From: Octopus sinensis
Lineage: Eukaryota
Assembly (NCBI RefSeq): GCF_006345805.1
Contig: NC_043008.1
Location: forward strand, 19,654,001 to 19,718,000
Direction: 5' to 3'
DNA length: 64,000 nucleotides
Numbering within the stretch: position 1 is the stretch's first letter; each line of letters opens with the position of its first letter. Below are positions 45,636 through 58,690 of this stretch, in pieces. The notes under the pieces are model-generated. The model had not been told where the DNA came from. It worked only from the letters and a program-made list of their open reading frames with translations, and searched no databases. The translations under genes and the position numbers were made by a program.

Positions 45636-45796
45636 CATATATACGACAGGCTTCTTTCAGTTTCCGTCTACCAAATCCACTCACAAGGCATTGGTCGGCC
45701 CGGGGCTATAGCAGAAGACACTTGCCCAAGATGCCACGCAGTGGGACTGAACCCGGAACCATGTGGTTGGTTAGCAAGCTACTTACCACACAGCCA
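45388..45796 (-). mobile_element. Family C SINE nested in the R4/Dong-like LINE
   Basis: Near full-length copy. agtta on both sides; removal restores KLKLTRFGQQIKQYRRN in the LINE frame. Confidence 0.9.
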
Positions 45797-46872
45797 GTTA
45801 GCTTTAGCTTTTTGCTCAAGTATGCACTGCTTCAGTTTTTCAACTATAAACGTTAAGCCTTTTGCACAACACCAGCACTTCTTCCTAACTTTTTCGAATT
45901 TTCATTTATTATTAAGTTCTCCATTTCTTTTCCTGACAATTATTGACACTACACTGTTCAAGGAGTTTATATCTTCTGAAATTCTCCTTTCCCACCAAGG
46001 TTGTTTATTTCCGCTTCTGTCCATCGCCGTTCTGTTCTCAGCAGTCCTCAATCCCAACCTTTCCGCCACAATCTTAATAGCAGCATTGGTAAGATTATTT
46101 GTTTGCGTGATGTTCTTTGTTTCAATGTATCTCAATGCATTATTGACTTTATTTGTCTCTAGATTTAGTCTCCATTCTCCTGCCTACTTAAAGTCGCATA
46201 TAAATTCTGTCCCTTCCGTATATTTAATAGACACAAAATCCTGTCTATTATTAATCGATCTTCAATGTTTGAGTAGTCACTGATCTCAATTCTTTCACAA
46301 TTAACAGTAGTATATTCTTGTGAACAATTGTCCATCTCTTCCACTATATCACTTTCATTTCTCGCACGCCAAACCTCACTCGATAGCCTTCGTTTAATAG
46401 CTTCTAGCTCCAATTTTGTTAATTATTCCATTATTTCGTATTGCTCCTGCTTGGTCACGTAATCTCTCTTCAGTAATTTCAAACAGTTCAATTGCCTTCC
46501 ATGCACTGTGCATCTGTTTACTGTACCCTCTGATAGGCAAACCATTAGCATCACCTGGAGGTTTTCTCCAGTAGTAACACTTCGGTAGTAACACTCCTCA
46601 ACTACTCCGGAAGTAACACTCCACAAGAGGAGGGTTCTCTTAGGATGTGCTAGAAACAACAGCCAAATCTCCCTTAAATTACACACTTTTCCCTCTGGAA
46701 ATGTTAGCAATTTGTTTATTATTATACCGAAAAGACACCCCCCATGGTTCTGAAGTGTAATAAAAAAATTTTAAATGGCCAGAATAAGTCCGGCGTGGGG
46801 TGATAGGGAAGGGGATTCGTGAAAAAAAAAGTTTCAAAACTTTTTCATAAAAAGATGCTCCCACCCCATCAT

Positions 46873-47293
46873 TTCTCTCTTTACTCTTTTACTTTTTTAC
46901 TTGTTTCAGTCATTTGATTGCGGCCATGCTGGAGCACCGCCTTTAGTCGAGCAAATCGACCCGGGGACTTATTCTTTGTAAGCCCAGTACTTATTCTATC
47001 AGTCTCTTTTGCCGAACCGCTAAGTGACGGGGACGTAAACACACCAGCATCGGTTGTCAAGCAATGCTAGGGGGACAAACACAGACACACAAACACACAC
47101 ACATACATATACATATACATATATGTACATATATACGACATGCTTCTTTCAGTTTCTGTCTACCAAATCCACTGACAAGGCATTGGTCGGCCCGGGGCTA
47201 TAGCAGAAGACACTTGTCCAAGATGCCACGCAGTGGGACTGAACCCGGAACCTTGTGGTTGTTTAGCAAGCTACTTACCACACAGCCACTCCT
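46873..47293 (-). mobile_element. Family C SINE, full length
   Basis: Head aggagtggctgtgtgg on the minus strand; shares subfamily variants with 45388-45796. Confidence 0.92.
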
Positions 47294-47719
47294 TTCGAAT
47301 GCTGTAATTTAAAAAAATAGGGAAATCCCCGTCACAACAGAGTAGTTATTTGGTCTTCCTTATTTGGTCTTCCTGATGCGAAACTCCTTTCTCCACACCC
47401 ACTGAAGAGATTTTTCCCACAAATTTCTTTATAATCGTAATCTATTTGTTTATTTTTCTAAAATTTTCGTTGCATCTTACAACATTTCCAATTCTCCAGT
47501 TCTGCATTTAAGACACAGCAATGAAGTAAATTAAAACTTGCAGAGGCATGTCATTTATTTTTTAGATTATCTTTGCATTATATTAGGATCATACCTTACA
47601 GAGTTTTCATTAGGACCCTCTTGGTTGTTAAAAAACAAGCATCCAGCATGGTTCTAGTAGCACTCATTATTATTATTATTATTATATTATTATTATTTAT
47701 TATTATTATTATTATTATT

Positions 47720-47750
<31 letters not shown>

Positions 47751-47807
47751 CTGTTGTTGTTGTTGTTATTATTATTGTTATTATTATTATTATTATTGTT
47801 ATTATTA

Positions 47808-47856
<49 letters not shown>

Positions 47857-47857
<1 letters not shown>

Positions 47858-48166
47858 TATGTTTGACTTTTGCTTTATATTGACTCCAAGTCTCACCCAG
47901 AGACCTCAAGAGACAACAGGTTGGAAGTTCACGCTGTTGTTATGCCTAATGTGCCATATATTTGGTTGTTTTTTTGGGGGGTTTGTACTAGTGGATGTCT
48001 GAAAAAAAAATGTTCGTTTTAAACCTTGAGATTACATAGAAAGTATTTTGCGTAGGATATGAGCAGTTCCCATGAGCACTATCTTTTGAATTTCTGCCAT
48101 TTTGGGGTTTCCTGGTATCTGGGTTAGGTAGCGATCAGCCCCTTTTGCTATCATTCCCATGGCACC

Positions 48167-48170
<4 letters not shown>
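47857..48170 (-). mobile_element. 5'-truncated Dong/R4-like LINE 3' end inside a (TAA)n/(CAA)n array
   Basis: Minus strand IGAMGMIAKGADRYLTQIPGNPKMAEIQKIVLMGTAHILRKILSM* (stop 48032-48034), then a 3' UTR and (AAT)n tail. Triplet repeats on both sides. Confidence 0.85.
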
Positions 48171-48212
<42 letters not shown>

Positions 48213-48309
48213 GTTGTTGTTATTATTATCATTATTATTATTGTTGTTGTTGTTATTATTAGCATTATTATTATTGTTGTTGTTGTTGTTATTGTTGTTG
48301 TTGTTGTTG

Positions 48310-48367
<58 letters not shown>

Positions 48368-48402
48368 GGTTATAACGAAGGTTATGATATTACTGATTGT
48401 AG

Positions 48403-48472
48403 GTTGCAGATTTTGGAATAACCAAACTCCTACAGCCTTTGAGGGAAGAGTGCAACAAAGAGGATTGTGCGT
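48403..48472 (+). CDS. Protein kinase exon 4 in window (DFG and activation loop)
   Basis: AG at 48401-48402, donor gtaagt at 48473. VADFGITKLLQPLREECNKEDCA plus 1 nt (T). Phase 0 start and phase 1 end fit both neighbouring exons. Confidence 0.9.
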
Positions 48473-49278
48473 GTAAGTAATGCTAATGTTTACCTAAATC
48501 AGTGACGATGGAAGTTTTTGTCGTAACATGCAGATGTTCGCGGGTACTTTTTACTGACGAGGCTCAAATAGACAGAAACGCGCAATTAGGCAGGCTTTCG
48601 CCTATGTTACTGATAAACCTTTGTGCTGTTCGACACTCTACGTCTATAAGAGATAATATCTCAGAACTAATACTAGAGTTAACGTGCTTCCGTTAATGTA
48701 TCTGCATTTAGTATAGTAAACAGATTACTCTTTTGCAGTAATATTTCGTTTGTTGCACAGATCAAACGAATATGCACACACATACATCTACAGAGAGAGA
48801 GAGAGAGAGAAAAAAGAGAGAGGGTGAGAGAGAGAGGGAGAGAGAGAGAAAGAGAGGGATAAAGAAAGAGTGGAAAACTCATTGATGACTGTGTAGGTCA
48901 AGGCAAAACTGTGTGTGGAAAAGTGGCAATTGACCCAGCAATTGCACGAAATAAATGTTTAACCAAAGTAATGACCATCAAGGAGCGATGCACCTCTGAA
49001 GCTCTGATGTTGCAGATGTTTCTGTCTGGGAATACAGAGCCAAACTGATAAAGTAATGTTCCTCACTATCTTTTCTGTACACTCGGCAAGGCACAACCTT
49101 GGGTTGGCAATATATTGTCGACCCCGAGACGACGGATGTGTTGAATTCATCAGAATTTGACTCCAGCAAGTAGAACCAAAAACCACGAGCATTGTATTCT
49201 GCACCCTCATTACTCTGCCAATTCGCCCTCTACATGCACATACACACACACACACACACACACTAATAACCACATTCT

Positions 49279-49325
<47 letters not shown>

Positions 49326-49375
49326 CTGTAAGTACGTGTACAAACATCTATATATAAATATATATTAACGCTCAC

Positions 49376-49415
<40 letters not shown>

Positions 49416-49556
49416 ATACGCATATCAATGTATGTATGTTTATGTGTATGTGTGTGTATGTGTGTGTGTGTGTCTACGATTGTATGTTTTTGTAAATTTC
49501 TATTTGCCGTATACATGTAACGATATTTCCTTTCTTTTGTTCGTGTTTTCTTAAAG

Positions 49557-49744
49557 GTCAAAAGCATCTCAGCGCATGCGCTCCTTCTATACGGTGGACC
49601 GCGCCAGAGGTTCTTCGCAATCCAAGAGCCAGAGAGGAAGACCGCTGTTTTTCCACAGCCTCTGATGTTTATTCATTTGGTGTGTTTATGTGGGAGATAT
49701 TATATAACAAAGATCCTTTCTACGAAATAGACAACGAAGAAAAG
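49557..49744 (+). CDS. Protein kinase exon 5 in window (P+1 loop, APE, alphaF)
   Basis: Acceptor tcgtgttttcttaaag, donor gtatgt at 49745. GT completes TGT (Cys), then QKHLSACAPSIRWTAPEVLRNPRAREEDRCFSTASDVYSFGVFMWEILYNKDPFYEIDNEEK. Confidence 0.95.
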
Positions 49745-51160
49745 GTATGTTGGTTTTTAATCATCTTTATTTGAAGACTATCTCAAGGAAAAACATTAGA
49801 AAAAGATTCTGTCACAATATTTGAAAAGACATGGGAAGAAGATGAACGGGTGGCTTCAATAAAAGGAATCGTAAGGAAAGCTCATACACACACGATTAAA
49901 TCAATACTATATGGTATAGATGATATTTTCCATTCCCTCAAGTGAGACAGTCGCTTCATTTGTTTTTGATTATTTCAGGAATTCTACATCGAAAAACTTG
50001 CAATGTCCAATTTAGCGCAAGATGATTGATCTGAAATAAATTTGGTATTTTTCGCATGTAAGCACGTCACTGAAGTACTTGATAGATTTTCTTGTTTATC
50101 TGTTGGCATTGAAGCATTTTTCAAACTGCTACTGTTTTCAGTTTCCGATATATAATATAACGATAAGAAAAGTTGACAGCAGAAAACGTATAGCATTGGT
50201 GAAGGTTTAGTTTTATACATAAAATGACAAATATGATGCTAAGTATTGCCAGTTCGATCACACACCACATTAGATAGGATAAGGTGTCGATGCAAATGAA
50301 GTGAAGCTGCAAAAAAGAATTCATCATTCTACTTAGATACCTGTATTTATCTCTAGTTCGAATTTTTCTTAAATTCGTTGACCCCACAGCGAAAATATAG
50401 CCACGTGTGGCGATAATGATTATCCCGTTGCAGAATTTACATTGATTATGGAGACAGGGTATTTGGCGGGCGATTTCTCTATTGCTTGGTGATTAACGTG
50501 CGTTCATAAAGAATGAAAGGTGATATACGGTTCTCAAACGCTTGTAATATCAGATATACAATAAATTCTTTTGACACCAGGGTTTATAATATGTAAACAT
50601 ATTAATCAAAACAGCTCATTCGAATCCGAATATCTATATAGATATGCAGTTTATATTTCCCTGAATTACACACGTATGACCTTCGAAGTTCCTTTATTGC
50701 GAAGAAGGAACTTCGGAATCGCCTTTATGGTAAACACACCAGGCTTCTCGCAAGAATCATTATATCTCATTGATTTAATGTAAAACATAAGTGATTTGAG
50801 GAAAAATTCCATCCAGTCCATCTATTTTTATAGGGTAAGCACTGCTCATCACTGCTACAGTGCTGATAAAAAGACCATATCAGAAGTTATATTTTGGCGG
50901 ATTTCCACAAAGTATTGGCAGACACACACAGCATGGAATTAAGCATCTACCAAAGCTAATAGGATATTGGTGGCGTTTTATCTTGGAACGCATCGCAACG
51001 CAACTGATAAAGATATTTATTCTAAATACGCGTCTGACAAATATATATATATAAGATAAGCACACAATAATTAATAAATGAGTATGATAATTAGTTTCTT
51101 GTAACCTTCCCTTATAGAGGTCTCCCATTTTTCATATTACGCCCCAATAAATAATTAAAT

Positions 51161-51228
<68 letters not shown>

Positions 51229-51342
51229 CATATGTATATATTTACAACATACACACATGCATATTCATACGCACATACACACATACATATATATATATAT
51301 ATCTATATATATATATATAATATATATATATATGTATACACG

Positions 51343-51376
<34 letters not shown>

Positions 51377-51509
51377 CATGCATACATATATGCAGACATA
51401 CATATATACATAGAAACACACACACAAACACACACACATATATATATATATATTAATACATACACACACTTGTATATATATATGAATATATGTATGTATA
51501 ACAATAACT

Positions 51510-51571
<62 letters not shown>

Positions 51572-52347
51572 ATGTGTGCGTGTGTGTGTGTGTGCGTGTG
51601 TGCGTGTGTGTGTATGTGTATGTATAGTCCTTACACATATGAGCAAAGACTCATACACACCTGCATAAGCCTACACAAAAACCCGCATAATACGTACCAA
51701 TATCGCCTTACTAGCTTTAATCTAGAATGTTGAGACAAAGTCGATTGTTATTACAAGTAAGATGAACTGATTATCGTTCTCTAAACGAAGAAAATTATAA
51801 GATATGAGATAAATATCTGGGCGTCAAAATCTCGATATTTTGTTTAAAAAACAATCATTTTGAAAACATGACGCCATGGGAAAATCTAAATGGATAGGTG
51901 TGCATTAGAGGTTTTTCATTAACTTACTCTGATACCTAAATTGTATATTGGGGACAAGAAACATATTATGAACTTACAGGTCTTGTCAGACTCATGACTG
52001 GTGTGAAATGTAATATTCTTCAGAAGTGTAATATTCTTAAGGTGTAATTGTTTCAACTGCACAGCCGAAAAATATTGCGCTCTGGTTTGACAGAATTTTT
52101 GTCTGTTTGTATGTATGTCTGTCTGCGTGTCTGCCTGTCTACTTATGCATCTAATCTAACTATATATATTTATCAAACAATCTCTGTGTCTGCTTTACTG
52201 TGTGTGTATGTAAATATATGTGTGTGTGTGAGTGTGTGCGTGTGTGTAAGTGTGTGTATACATACATACATAACACACACACATATATCTATATGTGCAT
52301 ATATATGTATATATATGCATATATATATATATATATATGTATACACG

Positions 52348-52397
<50 letters not shown>

Positions 52398-52431
52398 TAT
52401 ATATATATATATATATAATATATATATATAC

Positions 52432-52463
<32 letters not shown>

Positions 52464-52776
52464 CTATATATATATATATATATACATATATATAATCATA
52501 TATACAAATGTGTATATGTATGTGTGTACGTTTGTATGCATGTTTGTTCATGCGGTGTATTAAATTACTTTCCGGTAATGTAACAAATTAAATTATAAGG
52601 GACACAAATTGTATGATAAGATGTAATTAAAATGCAATTAGATACTAAGTAATCAGGTACAATTAGCAATTAGCAAAGACGGATACCTAAGCGAGTAAAG
52701 GTAAATTTGAAAATCAAAGTTGTTTTCATTATAATATAAAATTATATATATACATCGATACAGTTCTGCACACACA

Positions 52777-52822
<46 letters not shown>

Positions 52823-53531
52823 GAACGTAAAACTCAGATTAACATTAGACTCAGATTAACAATTTTTGCAATGTGTTTGCAGGTTTAATAGAAAAGCATA
52901 TTATTCTAACTTCGGTATTCGAGTTCTATCCGCCCCCTGGTTTTGCATTTATGTGCTTTACATATACATTGCTTAATGAATGTAAAGGCAGCAGGAATCA
53001 CGTAATAATTTTCATTAGCCTGCAGCTGTTTCGGTTATAAGTACGAGTGCACACAGAGATGAGTTCCTGTGTAAAATCATGTAGCTTCCTCAGAGACATT
53101 ACACTGTAGTACAATTCGTTAATTAATATTAAGCTCTGAACCTGCCTATGGCTTTACTCAACAACGCATAAATACATGAACATACACACATGTATATGCA
53201 TGAATGTATTATGCATGTATGTATAGAACACTCGGTAGGTTGGAAATGATTGCAAACCGGTTGAAGGAGTGGAGTTACAACATAAGTAATGGGTAAGAAG
53301 GAATATAGAAATGATAGTACTTCGACAAAGATTTGAAAGGGGAAGCTAAATAAATATGCAAGAAATGTTGTGTGAAAACATATCAGTCGCGTAAAATGGC
53401 GTATACAGAATGTAAACGATAAATATTTTTTGTAAAAAACAATATATTTTACACTGATACTTTAATTGCAACACAGTAACACACACATACGTGTCCACTA
53501 GCACACACGCATGCACAAACAAGTACACACA

Positions 53532-53569
<38 letters not shown>

Positions 53570-53590
53570 CATTTACAACTGTTTCACAAA

Positions 53591-54358
53591 ATTATTCCAT
53601 GCTTTCCGCTAAAAATTCAGATATGGTGTCTGTGAAAGGTAACTAGACTTAACAGACTGCAAAATGTGGCTAGATTCGACAGACAGGGCATTGCACATCT
53701 AAGGCATGTTACCGATGCGTAAAGTACAAATTAAAATATGTTATAATTAAACTCATGCTAGATTGTTCGTAACATATGCGACTCCCTCACGGGTATGGTT
53801 GGGGGACACTTGGGAAGAGAAGAATTGCTCATGATATCTCTGTTATTTTCATGGAACAATGATCGTAGATATTTTAATTAGCTGCGAGGAAAAATACTGC
53901 AATCATAACATCCGGATTAGTTTAGCTAAAATGGCGTTCAATTAAACAGATTCGGAAATATGTTAAGACATGAGACATGTTAAGTTGCCTGAAAATGATG
54001 GAAATGATGAAGATGATGATGATGATGATGTTTGTGATAATGATGACGATTATGATGAGGATGATGATTTTGATGATGATGATGGAGATTGTCATGGTTG
54101 TGATCGTTAGGACGATCATTTGGACGACTACGACGATGACGGGAACAATCATCGTCACGCGCATGATCGTGGCGGTGGTGGCGGTGAAGTTTATGTTGAT
54201 GACAGCAACATTACTGATGATGGTAGTTATGATGAAGTCGATGATGATTATGATGATGATGATGATGAAGATGAAGATGATGATGATGATGAGGAGGATG
54301 CGTGGAGCATAATGATGATGATGAATGCGATGGAGTTTATGATGATAATCCTGGTGTC

Positions 54359-54436
<78 letters not shown>

Positions 54437-54588
54437 AATGACAACAAAGACGACAGCAACGGCATCGATGATGGTAAGATATGTAAACGACGATGTGATG
54501 ATGATGATGATGAAGGAGTGAAAAGGAATGATAATATTTGAGTGATGATCTGCCTGGAAGGATTCTGATTCAGGCGAAGTCTGTTGTA

Positions 54589-54635
<47 letters not shown>

Positions 54636-54822
54636 AATGAAGATAACGTCCGCTGATTCTGAGAATGTGATTATGAAGGTCATGATGCTCACGACGTTTA
54701 AGGTGATATTATTCCTGATAACGGTACTGCTACAATATGTTGAAGGGTTATCAAGCTTTATGAGGATGCTCGAACAGTAGCAACAACAACGACGACAAGG
54801 AAAATTTATTTTACTTGTTGCC

Positions 54823-54856
<34 letters not shown>

Positions 54857-55032
54857 TATTTATATATTATAATAATATTTATATATTAACCAAAATTAAG
54901 TAGATTGACAAATGTATTTTTTGAACCAGTTTAAGACAGACGAGATGTCGAAATACCGTTCACTAGATAACAATGTCACTCTTCTTTTAATTTTGACTTA
55001 ATAATGATAATAATAACAACAACAACAACAAC

Positions 55033-55067
<35 letters not shown>

Positions 55068-55129
55068 CAACAACAACAGCAATAATAATAATAGTAATAA
55101 TAATAATAATAATAATAATGATGATAATA

Positions 55130-55225
<96 letters not shown>

Positions 55226-55879
55226 GAAGAAGAAGAAGAAGAAGAAGAAGAGAAGAAGAAGAAGAATTATAATGATAAGAGCACTCAGAGAGCTTAAACC
55301 TCCGACAAGGCAACGCCAACGTCCTCTCAACAGTTACCCAGAGATGATTTTTAAAATGAAAATATCTGACATATACTCGACTGCTCTCACAAACGAGAAT
55401 ACTGAGAATGAACCTGACCGCTCTCAACAATTAGGTGAAAAACAAAAACCCGGGAAAATAGTCCAGAATCCTTGTCCGGTACCTGACCGATCCCAGTGGT
55501 GGTCATTGAATGTGAAGGTTGGCGTACGAGCTGTATTTGTATTGCTGTGCGTGTGTCGCCTTCAGTGGCAACGGGGACAGTTTTCTCTATGAAACATTTT
55601 AAATCTATCCATTGATATAGTGTCTTTACGGCCATTAAGGTCTATAATAAAAATATATATCTGAGCGTGAAAGAAAACGGAAAGGACTTGTATACGGTGG
55701 TATTAATGGAGGTTTGACAACATCTTTGCACACAAAAATCTTGCGGCACAAGTTCGCATTCTCCTTACACGAAACTATCAAGCTAAACCTTTTTTTTATG
55801 TACTGTACCCATATGTGCATGTATATATACATATAGATGTAGGTATGTACACATATGTTATATGCATATATTTATACAT

Positions 55880-55942
<63 letters not shown>

Positions 55943-58030
55943 CATTATTTATGTTATATATATATATATATATATACTAGCAGTATCGCCCGGCGTTGCT
56001 CGGGTTGTAAGGGAAATAACTATATAAGCATTTTTAGAGAGTTATAGCCAAAAAATAGCAAAGAAAATGCATTAAAAATTGAAATAAAATTAAGGTAATT
56101 TTTTTTTAAATCGTTGACACATCGTAGATATTTTTAGAGAGTTGCTTCCCTTATATAAAAGCGAAAAAAATGCATTAAAATGGAAAAATATGATGGTAAA
56201 TTTTTTTTAAATCGTAGACTCATCGTAGACGCGCGCTAATACCCAGAAGAGCTCGATATGAATCACGACTATAAGATACCCGCTTTTGGTTAAACTGCAC
56301 CGCAAAATGTGGGAGTAATTACGAATGTAAATCGAAGGGGACAGACACACAACTTCACTCTTATATAAAGATGCTTTTTTTTTCAGTCATAGAGTTAGAT
56401 TTATGAAGGTCTTCAGTAGAAAATCCTTCGAATTCTGACTCGCTGCTTGATATAATGAAATTCGTATCCATTTTTTGTCAGAATTACAAATTTTGAAAAC
56501 ACAATAGGAACAAATTTCGGAAAAAAATCTCCCATAATTCACGGAATTAAAATTACACTTCGACTTTTTTACAAAACTGTATTTGAAGTGTTTACGAAGT
56601 ATAATACGTGTTTTCACGAATGTACTAAAGAGATTTACTCTGATATTCTCATTTAAATATGAATAGGTAAATTCGGGCGGTTTGGTAATGAAAGGGTTTA
56701 TATAAGTGTCGTCTGTTTATACATAAACACTGTTTCATAGTTTCAGTTTAGTCTTCTTCAAATCACTGTCGCTAATTTACTCTCTTCCAAGAACATTTTC
56801 ACTCACTGTTATCTGTTAGCTTCCCATACATTTTACTCATGTATCTATCAGCGTGATAGACAGAAACAAATATTACATTTACTTTCATTTTATTCGTTGC
56901 CCACTGTGTGTGTGCGTTTGCGTGTGGTGTAAACCAGACTAAGAAAAGCATTTGACACACACACCAGAATGCGAGTTTTCTGTAAATTTTGCTTAATTGG
57001 AGTTTAAATTTTAAAAACTGGACCTGGCATGACGCGATGCATTGTACTCTTAAAACTGCTAGGTAAATTGTAATTGAAGAAATCCTATATTGTAGATTTG
57101 TATAACTCCCAAAGGGAGGCAGATAAAATCTGCCTTTTATAATAAGAGATATGTGTTGTGTGTTTGTGTGTATCAATATTTATGTGTATATATGTATATA
57201 TTTCCAATTTGTGATTGTGTATCCCCCCAAAATTTGCCCTCTGGTGCTTTACGTCACTCTTAATCGATTATTCCATGCTTTCTCCTAAACATCCAGATAT
57301 GGTGTCTGTGAAAGGTAACAAGATTTAACAGACTGCAAAATGTGGGTAGCTTCGACAGACAGGACATTGAACATCTAAGGCATGTTACCGATGCGTAAAG
57401 TACAAATTAAAATATGTTATAATTAAACTCATGCTAGATTGTTCGTAACATATGCGACTCGCTCACGGGTATGGTTGGGGGACACTTGAGAAGAGAAGAA
57501 TTGCTCATGATATCTCTGTTATTTTCATGGAACAATGATCGTAGATATTTTAATTAGCTGCGAGGAAAAATACTGTAATCATAACATCCGGATTAGCTTA
57601 GCTAAAATGGCGAACAATTAAGCAGATTCGGAAATATGTTGAGACATGAGACATGTTAAGTTGCCTGAAAATGATGGAAATGATGGAATTGATGAAAATG
57701 ATGATGATGATGATGTTTGTGATAATGTTGACGATTATGATGAGGATGATGATGTTGATTATGATGATGGAGATTGTGATGGTTGTGATTGTTAGGACTA
57801 TCATTTGGACGACTACGACGATGACGGGGATAATCATCATCGCGCGCATGATCGTGGTGTTGGTGGTGGTGGCGGTGGCGGTGGTGGTGGTGAAGATTAT
57901 GATGATGACAGCAACGTTACTGATGATGGTAGTTATGATGAAGTCGGTGATGATGATGATGATGATGAGTGTGCGTGGAGCATAATGATGATGATGAATG
58001 CAATGGAGGTTATGAGGATAATGCTGGTGT

Positions 58031-58067
<37 letters not shown>

Positions 58068-58098
58068 AGTAATAACTACGACAAAGACGATAGCAACG
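53591..58098 (+). repeat. Direct local duplication: 53591-54461 and 57267-58098
   Basis: About 400 bp of complex sequence (attattccatgcttt..cctgaaaatgatggaaat) plus a cryptic (GAT)n region align between the two copies. Confidence 0.95.
55976..56372 (+). mobile_element. Non-autonomous Helentron/Helitron-like element
   Basis: 5' actagcagtatcgcccggcgttgctcggg with a small hairpin, ~100-bp internal tandem duplication, 3' acagacacacaacttcactcttatataaagat; follows a (TA)n tract. Confidence 0.65.
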
Positions 58099-58132
58099 CG
58101 AAAATACGGCAGATAAAAAGTATAGACTGAAA

Positions 58133-58690
58133 GTGAGGACAGGCTCGAGAGAAGTGTCCACATTGTTGCCCGTTGGTCAGTCCGTGATCCTACAGAATAT
58201 AAAACCAGTTATGATCGAGTTGGGCAATATATTTAGTAGAGCGTACGCTGTCACTGTTATTTCCCGCGCCATAAGAACTGGTATGAACACAATCTACAGT
58301 CAGTCACTGAGGGAGACAGTGTTACCGCACTATGGGATTATGGGATACATACAAGCAGGCAAATAAATACTAACACGTTAGACATCGTCATCATAACCGT
58401 AAGACAAAATAACATGCCTGTTAATGGATATGACATTGCCTACTGATACAAACAACTCAGCAAAAGAATTTGAAAACTGTCGATATACCACGGTTTTGAG
58501 ATTGAGGTTATTAGGATGTGGCAATTAACCAACAAATCCATGTCTATTGCTGTGGGTGTCCTCGGAATGTTCATGAAAGTTAATCAACTTACGAGGTTCA
58601 AAAGATTGTGCTGACATCACCCGCTCACCATCTCAGGAAGTTTCTCTCCATCTGATGTATACATGCTTTACATTTCTGGTGGAGTCCTGC
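58133..58690 (+). mobile_element. Degenerate REL-endonuclease LINE 3' fragment
   Basis: Frameshifted TALWDYGIHTSRQINTNTLDIVII..TCLLMDMTLPTDTNNSAKEFE..IEVIRMWQL..IAVGVLGM, followed by a (TAA)n tract at ~58770-58912. Confidence 0.7.

Larger units (their letters stand above)
42498..46700 (-). mobile_element. Near full-length decayed non-LTR retrotransposon with C-terminal REL endonuclease (R4/Dong-like)
   Basis: Minus-strand remnants in order: N-terminal CYYWRKPPG..RGYSKQMHSAW..ITEERLRDQA; RT IRRGIFQGDS, NHLIFMD, STDIGMEFGLKQC; REL KILWDAYIECDHHRKPDIVV..VIDTPLPTD..IVIGALGS..LQKSALLGTTRILRRVLEA* (stop 42657-42659). Short 3' UTR and (GAA)n tail. Left and right limits approximate. Confidence 0.85.

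Noticed and set aside
54120-54521. Asp-rich ORF resembling acidic biomineralisation proteins
   Set aside because: Derived from cryptic (GAT)n, drifts into poly-Met, and has no signal peptide or splice support.
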